From a bacterium (GTDB lineage: Bacteria; Margulisbacteria; Marinamargulisbacteria; JABIPA01): a stretch of 64,000 bases of DNA. A program made the translations under genes and the position numbers. The notes beneath the pieces were generated by a model that was not told the DNA's origin, ran no database searches, and saw nothing but the letters and a program-made list of their open reading frames with translations. The number at the start of each line of letters is the position of its first letter. Position 1 is the first letter of the stretch. The stretch lies in assembly GCA_018698675.1 (NCBI GenBank), contig JABIPA010000019.1, positions 17,902 through 81,901 on the forward strand. The letters run 5' to 3'. This document shows positions 49,057 to 58,742 of this stretch, piece by piece.

Positions 49057-50646
49057 TTAATCTTCAGACGTGAATTTAAATAAAATCTCAGAGTTCTCAG
49101 ATATTTCTCTATCTAAACTCCATTGGGTTTCAGCTAAAAATACAGTGTTCCCGTCTCTATCTTCTGCGATTTGACGTGGGTGCATTTTTACAAAATCATA
49201 AAGAGCTTTTTCAGATTCACTTGTAATCCAACATGCTTTAAAGAAATTTAGTGTATCGAATCGACACTCTGCTCCATATTCATGTTTGAGTCTGTATTGA
49301 ATGACTTCAAATTGAAGTGCTCCAACAGTACCAACTATTTTTTTTGTGTCATATGGCCGAGCAAAATGCTGTGCGACACCTTCTTCACATAATTGGGTGA
49401 GTCCTTTTTCTAACTGTTTTGTTTTAAGAGGATTTAGATTTACAACAACTCGAAAAAGTTCTGGGGAGAAATTTGGGATACCTTTGAATTTTAAGACTTC
49501 GCCTTCCGTAAGAGTGTCTCCAATTTTTAGATTTCCGGTATCGTGGAGTCCGATAATATCTCCAGCATACGCTGTTTCAATTACACTTTTTTCTCGGGCC
49601 ATAAATGCAGTAGGAGAACCGTATCTTACAAGTTTACCTGTTCTTACATGAAGAATTTTTTTGTTACGTTGAAACTCTCCAGAACATATTCGTAAAAAAG
49701 CGATTCTATCACGATGTTTAGGATCTATATTTGCATGAATTTTAAAGATGAAACCAGAAAATTTATCTTCGGATGGAGTAATTTCTCTGGAGACTGTTTG
49801 TCGAGCTAATGGAGCAGGAGATATCTGAATAAAGCAGTCTAATAGTTCTTTTACTCCAAAATTGTTAAGGGCGCTTCCAAAGAAAATAGGAGTCACTTTT
49901 CCTGATAGATAGTCTTCAATGTTGAATTCAGGATAAACCCCTGTGACTAAATCAATATCATTGCGTAGTTCTTCAGCAGCATCATCCCCAATGATTTCAT
50001 TTAACCTTGGGTCGCTCAGATTTTCTATTTTTTCGGCTGTTTGGCTTGCGCCTTGCTTTTCGTGTGGCTTAAACAGATATAGTTGCTTTTCGAATATATT
50101 GTAGACTCCTTGAAAAGCCTTACCTCTTCCAATCGGCCAACTCATTGGGCAGACACTTATTGAAAGTTTTTCTTCTATCTCGTCAAGAAGGTCGATAGGA
50201 TCATGTCCTTCTCTATCAAGTTTATTTATAAATGTTATTACTGGTGTGTTTCTCATTCGACATACGTCTAAAAGTTTGTATGTTTGAGTTTCAACACCCT
50301 TTGCACTGTCTAATACCATTATTACGCTATCTACTGCTGTAAGTGTTCTATAGGTATCTTCACAAAAATCTTGGTGACCTGGAGTATCGACTAAATTAAT
50401 ATTTACGTTTTTATAACAAAACCCCATGATAGACGATGCAACTGAAATTCCTCTTTGTTTTTCAATTTCCATAAAATCGGATGTAGCATGTTTTGTTTTC
50501 TTTTTTGCCTTAACGGCGCCTGCTATTTGAATCGCGCCTCCAAACAGCAATAGTTTTTCTGTAAGTGTAGTTTTTCCTGCATCTGGATGACTTATGATGC
50601 CAAAGGTTCGTCGTTTATTTATTTCTTCTTCTAAATTTAGTGCCAT
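49057..50646 (-). CDS. prfC: Peptide chain release factor 3 (GTPase)
   Basis: G1 ISHPDAGKTTLTEKLL, G3 DTPGHQDF, G4 NKLD. 529 aa. Confidence 0.9.
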   Translation of the reverse strand: MALNLEEEINKRRTFGIISHPDAGKTTLTEKLLLFGGAIQIAGAVKAKKKTKHATSDFMEIEKQRGISVASSIMGFCYKNVNINLVDTPGHQDFCEDTYRTLTAVDSVIMVLDSAKGVETQTYKLLDVCRMRNTPVITFINKLDREGHDPIDLLDEIEEKLSISVCPMSWPIGRGKAFQGVYNIFEKQLYLFKPHEKQGASQTAEKIENLSDPRLNEIIGDDAAEELRNDIDLVTGVYPEFNIEDYLSGKVTPIFFGSALNNFGVKELLDCFIQISPAPLARQTVSREITPSEDKFSGFIFKIHANIDPKHRDRIAFLRICSGEFQRNKKILHVRTGKLVRYGSPTAFMAREKSVIETAYAGDIIGLHDTGNLKIGDTLTEGEVLKFKGIPNFSPELFRVVVNLNPLKTKQLEKGLTQLCEEGVAQHFARPYDTKKIVGTVGALQFEVIQYRLKHEYGAECRFDTLNFFKACWITSESEKALYDFVKMHPRQIAEDRDGNTVFLAETQWSLDREISENSEILFKFTSED

Positions 50647-50650
50647 GATA

Positions 50651-51256
50651 TTAAATTACGTTAAAGGTTTTTAATTCTTTTTTAAGTTGTTCAGGATTTT
50701 TGTAAACAATTCCATGCCAACCTGCATCTTTGGCCGCTTTGATATTTGCGTCTAAATCATCGATGAAAAGTGTTTTTTCTGGAGTTAGATTAAATGTTGA
50801 TTCAGTTAGTTTGTAAATTTCTGGTTCAGGTTTAATTTTGTTGATTTTGGCGGAAATTATTTTTCCTTTTGATTTTTGAAAAAATGGATATAATTGTTCT
50901 AATTTATCAAATGGTTCCGATTGAAAGTTTGAAAGAACATACACAGAATGGGTATCTGATATTGAGTCGAACAAATTGTGGGTATCATAAATTGGATCTA
51001 AATGTAGATAAAAATTATCTATTAAATTTTTTAAATTACATTTGTCTAAAGATGGAATGTTTTTAAGTATGATCTCGCAAGCTTGATCTCCACTTACATC
51101 ACCTCTATCAAGACTTTGCCATATATCTGCAAGAAATAAATTTGTTACATATTCTGATATAGGAATATCTGTTGGCAAAAGTGTTGTTGCAATCTTATTA
51201 GGGTTATACCCAAACAACACATTGCCAACGTCAAAGACAACGTTTTCGATTTTCAT
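50651..51256 (-). CDS. HAD-superfamily hydrolase
   Basis: Motif I VVFDVGNVLF (DxG) and motif IV FIDDLDANI. Confidence 0.6.
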   Translation of the reverse strand: MKIENVVFDVGNVLFGYNPNKIATTLLPTDIPISEYVTNLFLADIWQSLDRGDVSGDQACEIILKNIPSLDKCNLKNLIDNFYLHLDPIYDTHNLFDSISDTHSVYVLSNFQSEPFDKLEQLYPFFQKSKGKIISAKINKIKPEPEIYKLTESTFNLTPEKTLFIDDLDANIKAAKDAGWHGIVYKNPEQLKKELKTFNVI

Positions 51257-51276
51257 TTATAAAATTAAATAGTGAA

Positions 51277-51480
51277 TTAAGCTTCTTGCTTAACTACGCC
51301 TTTTTTTACATATGTTTTTAAACAATTTGTACAAAGGTTAATTTTTTTAGCGATTCCATCAATAGGTAATTTTACTTGTTGTAAATTTGGTTTCCAAAAT
51401 TTACGACTTTTTCTATTTGAGTGACTAACTTTGTGTCCCTTTTGAGACGATTTTTCGCAAACTTCGCATTGTTTTGCCAT
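51277..51480 (-). CDS. rpmB: 50S ribosomal protein L28
   Basis: MAKQCEVCEKSSQKGHKVSHSNRKSRKFWKPNLQQVKL matches the L28 consensus (C-x-x-C/G...SHS..K..R.F.PNLQ). Confidence 0.8.
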   Translation of the reverse strand: MAKQCEVCEKSSQKGHKVSHSNRKSRKFWKPNLQQVKLPIDGIAKKINLCTNCLKTYVKKGVVKQEA

Positions 51481-51552
51481 TGTAGATCCTTTTTTTTGAC
51501 TAAATTTTCTGGATTAAAAAGCTATCATAGTTTTACTTGTTAAACAAGTGAA

Positions 51553-52323
51553 TTATGCAACTGATGAGGTTGTTGATCGGCACGATTTGTAAAACGTCAG
51601 CAAAAATGATTGGCTGAACGTCACAAATATTGTTTTTACGATAGCTACCAATATGCTTTTTCCAATAATAGGAATTCCTACTGCGAGAAAGATACTAAGG
51701 ATAGTTGCAGAGAGTGCTAACGACGTGATGACGCAAAAAAAAGTAATGATTGCTCTTATGTTATGTATGACAAAGTAATAACTTGATTTAACGACGTTTC
51801 TCCACTTTTTTTTGTCTATCACGGCAGAAACTGGTATGAATTCAAGAATACAAAACATAGGAATCGCGATTAATAGCCCTATATATGTTTCTATATTTAA
51901 ATGAACTTCGGCATTTACTTGAGAAGGAAGGAACGAAAAAATTGTTCTCAAAACATTTCTAACCGTTTGTTGTTGAGATATAAGATAATAAATACTGATG
52001 TAATAAGGAATGGAAAGACTCGCATAAGCAAGATACATTGCTTTTGTTTTTGTTGAAAATGTTTTTGCAATGATTTTGAAGTCAAGATCATCGAACTTGT
52101 TCAAATGGTTCAGGCTTATTAACGTGTAAAATTTAAAAGCAACTTCTATAAATCCGATGCTTGCAAAGATTATCATTTCTTTTTTTTGAAACGTTTGAAG
52201 AATGGAAAATTCAAAAAAGTTACTTATGCTTCCTAAAGCTAGGAAAAAAATTAGATAGGGAGCAAATATGAATTTATCTTTTTTAAGACGGCTTATAGCG
52301 TCTGAGATTAGATGACGTATCAT
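51553..52323 (-). CDS. Hypothetical polytopic membrane protein
   Basis: 256 aa with about 6 hydrophobic helices. 4-nt overlap with the upstream NYN gene. Confidence 0.35.
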   Translation of the reverse strand: MIRHLISDAISRLKKDKFIFAPYLIFFLALGSISNFFEFSILQTFQKKEMIIFASIGFIEVAFKFYTLISLNHLNKFDDLDFKIIAKTFSTKTKAMYLAYASLSIPYYISIYYLISQQQTVRNVLRTIFSFLPSQVNAEVHLNIETYIGLLIAIPMFCILEFIPVSAVIDKKKWRNVVKSSYYFVIHNIRAIITFFCVITSLALSATILSIFLAVGIPIIGKSILVAIVKTIFVTFSQSFLLTFYKSCRSTTSSVA

Positions 52324-52841
52324 CCTATTTTTTTTCGCTTTGAAGACTCTCTAAAGAGTAAATCTTTTTCAATAGGAAAGTGAATATCTACTGCATTAAT
52401 TAAATCTTCATTTGTACTTTTTAGAAAGGATATAGCTTCTACTAGGACGCCTCTACTTTTAAGATGGTAGACAAGATCCGCGAAGTCTCCATCACCAGAT
52501 ACTAAAACGATGATATCTAGTTTCTCCGCCAGTGTGATGGCATCTATAGCTATTCCCATGTCCCAGTCCCCTTTAGAAGAACCATCAGCACGCATTCGTA
52601 ATTCTTTGCGTTTGGTTTCGTATCCATTGCTTTTTAGCATTTCGATGAAATTTGTTTGATCAATATCTGGAGCATCTACTATATAAGAAATAGCTCTTAT
52701 TAATTGGCGGCCTCGCACTGCTTTTTCCATTAATTTTGAAAAATTTAGACGAGAATTTGTGATTTTTTTCGCAGAATAAAACATGTTTTGGACATCCACA
52801 AAGACGCCTACACGTTGATATTTACTGAATTTTGTTAACAT
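52320..52841 (-). CDS. NYN/LabA-like domain protein (predicted RNase-like)
   Basis: ...RVGVFVDVQNMFYSAKK... ...IIVLVSGDGDFADLV... match the NYN (LabA/PIN-like) acidic motifs. Confidence 0.6.
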   Translation of the reverse strand: MLTKFSKYQRVGVFVDVQNMFYSAKKITNSRLNFSKLMEKAVRGRQLIRAISYIVDAPDIDQTNFIEMLKSNGYETKRKELRMRADGSSKGDWDMGIAIDAITLAEKLDIIVLVSGDGDFADLVYHLKSRGVLVEAISFLKSTNEDLINAVDIHFPIEKDLLFRESSKRKKIG

Positions 52842-53692
52842 TTTTTAACCTCGTTATACATGATGTCAAAGGGCGCATCATGGGATGTGAATTTTTTGAA
52901 AGCAAGAGCTCCTTGGCCTACTAGCATTCCTAGACCATTTAATGTCTTTGCTCCTTTTAAACGTGCTTGTTTTAGAAAATTGGTTTCGGGAGGGGAGTAG
53001 ATGATGTCATAGACAATTTGATTTTGATTTGACCAATTATCAGTCGGGAAAATGGTCGAGTTATCGTTTAACCCGACGGATGTCGTATTTATGATAATGT
53101 CATATTTTTCAAGAGTTTTTTCGTCAATTACTGAAGAAAGGCTACCCGTTTCAATAGGAATATTTGTTATATCATTATTCATAGAATCGATTAAATTGAA
53201 TTTAAGTCTTTCTGCTTTTTCTACCGTTCTATTAAGTATAAGTAATGATGTTATATTTTGTTCGAGTAATGAGAAGCAAATTGATTTAGAAGATCCACCT
53301 GCTCCGAGAATGGCAATTGATTTGTTAGATAAAGATATTTTGTTTATCGATAAGTCTGAAATAAGACCGTATCCATCTGTATTATATCCAGTTAAAACTC
53401 CATTTTTGTTAACTATTGTGTTTACGGCACCTATTTTTTTTGCCAGAGGGTCAATTTTGTCTAGAAATGGAATGACACTTTCTTTAAAAGGTACGGTAAC
53501 ATTTATTCCGGAAATATTATTTGATTTTAGAGATGCCATACACGTTTCGATTTGTGTTTTTTCTACTAAAAAAGGGATGTATATATAGTTTAAATTTAGG
53601 TGATTAAATGCAGCGTTATGCATTTGAGGAGATTTTGAATGATGGATGGGGTTACCGATTACTCCAAGGATTTTTGTAGAACCATTAAGCAT
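52835..53692 (-). CDS. aroE: Shikimate dehydrogenase
   Basis: LGVIGNPIHHSKSPQMHNAAF substrate-binding motif. NADP-binding GAGGSSKS. Confidence 0.85.
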   Translation of the reverse strand: MLNGSTKILGVIGNPIHHSKSPQMHNAAFNHLNLNYIYIPFLVEKTQIETCMASLKSNNISGINVTVPFKESVIPFLDKIDPLAKKIGAVNTIVNKNGVLTGYNTDGYGLISDLSINKISLSNKSIAILGAGGSSKSICFSLLEQNITSLLILNRTVEKAERLKFNLIDSMNNDITNIPIETGSLSSVIDEKTLEKYDIIINTTSVGLNDNSTIFPTDNWSNQNQIVYDIIYSPPETNFLKQARLKGAKTLNGLGMLVGQGALAFKKFTSHDAPFDIMYNEVKKC

Positions 53693-53781
53693 AGTTTAAT
53701 CGTATCAAGGTGATGTTGGAGATGCAATCCTATAGTCATGGCGACTTTATATTTTTATATTGATTTTTAATTCGCAAGTGT

Positions 53782-55311
53782 TTGACGATTGACGGCAATG
53801 GGAATAATAATTTAGATATGATTTCCTTTATTTTAAAAAGTTTTAAATTTTCACTAATTTTTAGTTTACTCTCTTGGAGTATCTTTTTTTCATACAATTT
53901 TATTAAATCCTTTGGACATAAAGAAGGATCTTTAATTGTAAAAATCTGTCCTTTAATTCAAACTCACTCAAACGAAGAATTTGATGTTAAATCTGTGTTT
54001 TTATCTTTAAAAAAGAATTTTAAGTCTCAAAACATCGCTATTAATATGAAATTTAGTAAGAATGGTCCGGATAATCAAAAAGATGATGATTTAAATTATT
54101 ATACAGCGGTTGGAATTGGAATGGATAAATCTGATCCTGCGGATATAGTCATTTGGGGATATAGGCGAGGAGATGTTAATACATATTATTTAACACTTTG
54201 TCAGGATTTGTCTCCTCTAGATATAAATGGACAAAAGATAGCTCCTATCCATAGTTATTATGAACAAGAATTAAAATTTCAGACTACTAGATTTCGAAAT
54301 ATTAAAGATATTGAATATCTATTGAAAGGTCTTGTTTATTATAAAGGCAAGAATTGGGATGAATCAGTTGATGCTTTTAATAATGTTTCATTGCCGATTG
54401 GTATTTTTTATAAAGGTATTTCTGTTTTTTCGAAATATTCAGGGCATCTTAAGGCTCAATCGAGTCATTTTAACGAGGACATATCTTCTGAACCTTCTGA
54501 TAGGAAAGTAGAACAGGGTTCTGTTGCTGATAGAGTAAATGAGTCTGTTTTTATCTCTAAGCAGAGTTCTCAATCAAGTTTAAGTAATTCCTTAGAAAAA
54601 GAACGTTCACAGATAAATTTTGGAGATAGAAGTGAAGAAAATGGTTCTGTAAAAACTCAAATGACGTCTCTTGTTCAGGGTATTTTTATTCAACAGATAA
54701 AAAATAAATTTCAATCTGAACAAAATCAGTCAGGTTTAGGAAATATGGAGGCTGACCAAGAGAATAAAAATGATCGGAACTTAAGAACTTTTAATCAAAT
54801 GACGAACGAAGGATTAGGAGACTTTTCTACATTTAATTTAGAAGGTTCGAATACTTCTGACAATGACGCGGATTCTTCTTTTTTGCTTAATATTCTTTCT
54901 TCCATACCTGGGCTTTCTGAAAAAATTCAGCCATTATTATCAATGCTTTTACCAGGTCTAGAAACTACTAAAAAGGACGGTGATGGAAACTCCTCGGTTA
55001 ATACTTCAGAAATACTCCAAGTTCTTCAGCAAATGATGTCTAGTGGTGTTTTAAGCTCTGTAGGAGGTGGGGGTAGTTCTTCTGGACAACTGGATATGAT
55101 AAATTCTGTTACGAAAATGATGGGCCTTCCTGCAGTTGATGAATCTAAAATTCAAGCAATTTTGAAAGATTTACCTGATATTGGAAAAAATGGAATAGAT
55201 TCTACCGCTATTATGGACGTTGTTAAAAAACATAGTAATGGTTCGTCATTATCAATTGAAAACACGTCTGATTTGGAAAAAATCATGCAAGACATGTTAA
55301 ATCAAAACTAG
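53782..55311 (+). CDS. Membrane-anchored low-complexity (Ser/Asn/Gln-rich) protein, unknown function
   Basis: N-terminal TM (FSLIFSLLSWSIFFSYNF), then about 450 aa rich in S/N/Q/G and predicted disordered (e.g. SSVGGGGSSSGQ). Confidence 0.35.
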   Translation: MTIDGNGNNNLDMISFILKSFKFSLIFSLLSWSIFFSYNFIKSFGHKEGSLIVKICPLIQTHSNEEFDVKSVFLSLKKNFKSQNIAINMKFSKNGPDNQKDDDLNYYTAVGIGMDKSDPADIVIWGYRRGDVNTYYLTLCQDLSPLDINGQKIAPIHSYYEQELKFQTTRFRNIKDIEYLLKGLVYYKGKNWDESVDAFNNVSLPIGIFYKGISVFSKYSGHLKAQSSHFNEDISSEPSDRKVEQGSVADRVNESVFISKQSSQSSLSNSLEKERSQINFGDRSEENGSVKTQMTSLVQGIFIQQIKNKFQSEQNQSGLGNMEADQENKNDRNLRTFNQMTNEGLGDFSTFNLEGSNTSDNDADSSFLLNILSSIPGLSEKIQPLLSMLLPGLETTKKDGDGNSSVNTSEILQVLQQMMSSGVLSSVGGGGSSSGQLDMINSVTKMMGLPAVDESKIQAILKDLPDIGKNGIDSTAIMDVVKKHSNGSSLSIENTSDLEKIMQDMLNQN

Positions 55312-55324
55312 TATTATTTAAATT

Positions 55325-56095
55325 ATGGCTAAGTTTGAATTCCCATCAGAATATTCTTTGGTTTCTAATACGGATTTATTGAGTCCTGAATTTTTTACGG
55401 GTAGGGAAATAGAACTATCTGTTTTAAGAGACGTTCTAAATGGTGTAAAAATCGAAGCATTACCTTCAGGAAATATTGATGTTTTTAATGAAAAATATGG
55501 AGGGATTTTCCAGTCGGTTGAACATCCAAAGTGGGTTATACAAGGTGACAAAGGAATTGGAAAGTCTGCTTTAGCCATTGAATATATTTCTAAATTTAGA
55601 AAAGAATATGATTTGATTTGGTGGATTCCATGCTCGATTGAGAGTTCAATCGTAGAAAGCTTGAGACAATTGTGTCAAAGAGTTACAGAGAAAGAACCCG
55701 AAAATTTAGAAGAACCTTTTCCGACAGAATTAAATACCTATTTGTCGAATCAAAAGCGATGGTTGTTGATTTATGATGGATTAAACGATCCAAAACTTAC
55801 TAAATACTTGCCGTCAGAAATGGATGGGCACTGTCTATTGACCTCTACCTTTTTTGAATGGACAGATTCTGCAAATGTTATGCCACTATCGGCTATTTCT
55901 GAAAAACATGCCGTTGAACTTGTAAGAAATTATATTAGTGAAGATGATTCAGAGTTAATAAGTAAGTTCACAAAATTGTTAAATAGAAACCCTCTTAGCA
56001 TTCGACAAGCGATTGATTATACGCTTTTAAATGAGTATAAACTTAATGACTATTTGGAAAGTCAAATTAAAGGTAATATTGAATATTCGTTATAA
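55325..56095 (+). CDS. Minimal NB-ARC/STAND-like P-loop NTPase (256 aa, no sensor or effector domains)
   Basis: Walker A GDKGIGKSALAIEY, Walker B-like WLLIYDGLND, and GHCLLTSTF resembling the NB-ARC 'GxxxLxTTR' (RNBS-B) motif. Upstream FTGREIELSVLRDVL segment. Confidence 0.45.
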   Translation: MAKFEFPSEYSLVSNTDLLSPEFFTGREIELSVLRDVLNGVKIEALPSGNIDVFNEKYGGIFQSVEHPKWVIQGDKGIGKSALAIEYISKFRKEYDLIWWIPCSIESSIVESLRQLCQRVTEKEPENLEEPFPTELNTYLSNQKRWLLIYDGLNDPKLTKYLPSEMDGHCLLTSTFFEWTDSANVMPLSAISEKHAVELVRNYISEDDSELISKFTKLLNRNPLSIRQAIDYTLLNEYKLNDYLESQIKGNIEYSL

Positions 56096-56119
56096 TATAT
56101 TAGAAAAGGATTTTAAGAA

Positions 56120-56839
56120 TTGAAAAATAAAGTAACACCAAACAGTAAATATGTGCGTCTTCAAAAATATTGTTCCGAACAAGGCCTTTTGTCTCGTAGA
56201 GAGGCAGAAACTTACATCAAGAATGGATGGATATTTGTAAATGGAGAGGTTGCAACTCTTGGTCAAAAAGTTCATTCTGAACGAGATAAAATCATGGTAA
56301 ATGGGCCTGGGAAACGTAAAACTTATGTAAAGTATTACAAGTCTAGAGGGATTGTTACAAATTGTGCTCAAAAAGATGAAAAGCAAATTAGTAATGTTAT
56401 TGAAAAAAAATATAGACAATTATCAGCTATAGGTCGTTTAGATAAGGAATCAGAGGGATTGATTCTTTTATCAGATGATGGACTTTTTGCAAAAAGTTTT
56501 TTAGATCCAAATAATGAGCATGAAAGAGAATACTTCGTTCGTGTTGATAGACCTTATCCTGGCCAAATGATGGAAGAGTTTTATCAAGGCGTTATTATTT
56601 TAGGGCAAAAAACAAAACCTGCTAAAATGAAACGACTATCGGATACCACGTTTTTACTTACTTTGAGAGAAGGGAAAAATAGGCAAATTCGACGTATGGT
56701 TGAAGCTTATGGCTGCGAAGTTATTCAGTTGAAACGTATTAGAATTGGTGTGATGGAACTGGATAAAATGAGACCAAATCAAGCTGTTTCTTTATCAAAA
56801 AAAGAAGTTGATAGTCTTTTGAAAATGACGGCTCAATAA
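56120..56839 (+). CDS. RsuA/RluB-family pseudouridine synthase (S4 plus catalytic domain)
   Basis: S4 domain (VRLQKYCSEQGLLSRREAETYIKNGWIFVNG). Catalytic motif GRLDKESEGLILLSDDG. Confidence 0.8.
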   Translation: MKNKVTPNSKYVRLQKYCSEQGLLSRREAETYIKNGWIFVNGEVATLGQKVHSERDKIMVNGPGKRKTYVKYYKSRGIVTNCAQKDEKQISNVIEKKYRQLSAIGRLDKESEGLILLSDDGLFAKSFLDPNNEHEREYFVRVDRPYPGQMMEEFYQGVIILGQKTKPAKMKRLSDTTFLLTLREGKNRQIRRMVEAYGCEVIQLKRIRIGVMELDKMRPNQAVSLSKKEVDSLLKMTAQ

Positions 56840-56882
56840 GCTTTTTATATTTTTTTATAGATTATAGTTAAAGAAGATTGAA

Positions 56883-56923
56883 ATTATAAAAAGGCAGAAG
56901 GACTTAGACTAATATTCTTCTGC
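56883..56923 (+). terminator. Intrinsic terminator after the pseudouridine-synthase gene
   Basis: ggcagaag-(16-nt loop)-cttctgcc followed by TTTTTTT. Confidence 0.5.
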
Positions 56924-57371
56924 CTTTTTTTAGAGCCGTGGACGTCGTTTGTACGAGTAATAAACGTGAGTTTTTTACTTGAGGAGAGACCGCATCTAAA
57001 TTTGTTACCGGGCAATGAGTATAAAATGTATTAAAATAAGTTGCTAGTTTGGATAAATAGGTTCCAATTCTATGAGGTTCTTTTTTCGAATATGCTAGTT
57101 CGATTGCTCTTGGAAATTCAGCTAAAGTATTTATTATATTTTGTTCTTCAATTGTTTCAAATTTTAGCTCTAAAGATGGATCTATTTCTGTATCTGGTTT
57201 TGGTAATATTTTTTGTCCGCGAACTGCAGCGTATTGAATGTAAGGACAACTACCATCTTCTACTTTTAGCATTTTATCTTGGTCGAAGTAGATATCCGCT
57301 CGTCTGTCTTGTCCAAGGTCATTAAAAATGATTGCTCCTAACGTAATATCTTTTGCTGTTTTTTGTGTTTG
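56904..57371 (-). pseudogene. argS: 3' remnant of arginine-tRNA ligase (DALR anticodon-binding domain only, about 155 codons, frame intact)
   Basis: Translation ...GAIIFNDLGQDRRADIYFDQDKMLKVEDGSCPYIQYAAVR...LAEFPRAIELAYSKKEPHRIGTYL...LLLVQTTSTALKKG follows the ArgRS C-terminus (AIRYFLL ... FDxDxxL ... GxTxPYxQYAHAR ... LxxFPEVVxxA ... EPHRLxxYL ... RLxLxxATxxVLxxGL). An in-frame stop lies at 57372-57374, so about 400 N-terminal codons are absent. Confidence 0.6.
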
Positions 57372-57402
57372 TCAGTTTTGAATTTCAAGATTGTGATAAC
57401 AA

Positions 57403-57438
57403 CCTTAAAACTCCTTTTAATTTTAAAAGGAGTTTTAA
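57403..57438. terminator. 16-bp perfect inverted repeat (ccttaaaactcctttt-aatt-aaaaggagttttaagg) just downstream of the leuB-family gene
   Basis: Read from the sequence. On the + strand it is followed by a T-rich tract. Possible bidirectional terminator between the leuB-family gene and the argS remnant. Confidence 0.45.
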
Positions 57439-57463
57439 GGCGAATTCAGTTTTTGTTTTTAAT

Positions 57464-58570
57464 TTACTTTGATATTAAATTTTCACAAACTAAGCTTCCA
57501 ACGTCAGTCGTAGTCATTCCCATTTTTGCGGCTAACATGCTGTCCATTTTGAGAACGGTTTTTTCGACTGCTTGAACTACATTTTTGCTTGCATCTGTTT
57601 CTCCTAGGTGGTCTAACATCATGGCTGCAGCAAGAATACAAGCACAAGGATTGATTGCATTTTGTCCAGTAAATGAAGGAGCTGTTCCTCCTATTGGTTC
57701 AAACATTGATGTTCCATTAGGGTTAATATTTCCACTAGGTGCGATTCCCATTCCCCCTTGAGTCACAGCTGCTAGATCCGTAATGATATCTCCAAACATA
57801 TTTCCGGTTACAATGATATCAAAACGTTCTGGGCATTCGATCATATAGATACAAACTGCATCGACGTGTACATAGTCCCAGGCAATTTCTGGAAATTCTT
57901 TTCCAACGTCTTCCATAACTCTTAACCAAAGGTCATATACAAATTGAAGAACGTTACTTTTTCCGCAAAGTGTAACTTTTCCTGTTTTTCCCTCGTTAAT
58001 TTCTTTTTCTGATAAACCTTTCCATGGCTTATCAGCATGTCGTTTTTTAGCATGTTCAAAAGCAAATCGCACACAACGCTCTACCTGATGTCTCGAATAC
58101 ACCATCGCTTGTTCTGCAACTTCATGTTCGGTGTTTTTCATTGTACAACCACCATGACCTGTATATAGCCCACCAGTGTTTTCTCTTACGACAACATAGT
58201 CGATGTCATCTGGCGTTTTATTTTTGATTGGTGTGTATACATTTTGAAATAATTTGATAGGACGAAGATTGATGTATTGGTCTAGCTCAAATCGTAGTTT
58301 TAAAAGAATTCCTCGTTCTAATATTCCTGGCTTAATATCCGGGTGACCAATCGCTCCTAAAAGGATTGCATTGTATTGTTTTAGACCTTCTAATTCGTCA
58401 TCTGTTAGTGTTTTTCCTGTATCGATATATCTTTGGCCATCATAAGGAAGATCTGTGAAATTTAGCGTTAATGAATGGGTTTCTGAAACTTTGTTAAGAA
58501 CCTTGATCGCTTCGTTTACAACTTCTGGTCCAGTGCCATCACCTTTTATAATTCCTATATCATATGCCAT
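57464..58570 (-). CDS. Isopropylmalate/isocitrate/tartrate-dehydrogenase family NAD-dependent decarboxylating dehydrogenase
   Basis: MAYDIGIIKGDGTGPEVV... and NMFGDIITDLAAVTQGGMGIAPSGNINP. Start chosen at the conserved MAYDIG; the ORF-track ATG at 58618 adds 16 non-conserved residues. LeuB and TtuC cannot be separated by eye. Confidence 0.75.
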   Translation of the reverse strand: MAYDIGIIKGDGTGPEVVNEAIKVLNKVSETHSLTLNFTDLPYDGQRYIDTGKTLTDDELEGLKQYNAILLGAIGHPDIKPGILERGILLKLRFELDQYINLRPIKLFQNVYTPIKNKTPDDIDYVVVRENTGGLYTGHGGCTMKNTEHEVAEQAMVYSRHQVERCVRFAFEHAKKRHADKPWKGLSEKEINEGKTGKVTLCGKSNVLQFVYDLWLRVMEDVGKEFPEIAWDYVHVDAVCIYMIECPERFDIIVTGNMFGDIITDLAAVTQGGMGIAPSGNINPNGTSMFEPIGGTAPSFTGQNAINPCACILAAAMMLDHLGETDASKNVVQAVEKTVLKMDSMLAAKMGMTTTDVGSLVCENLISK

Positions 58571-58742
58571 TGTATTTCCTTTCAATCTATCGGTTATTTT
58601 TTTATTTGAAATATCCATTGAGTAATATATTTTAAATAGTTCTCGAATTATCTTTAATCATTTATTAGACAATCTATTTTATTATATGTAAAAAATAGCA
58701 CAAGCTTGTAAATTTCGGGAATAGGCTGCACCATTAATTTTA

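Noticed and set aside
57363-57575. 70-aa + ORF overlapping the 3' end of the leuB-family gene and the palindromic terminator
   Set aside because: It overlaps a confident minus-strand CDS and a hairpin, and the translation is hydrophobic nonsense.
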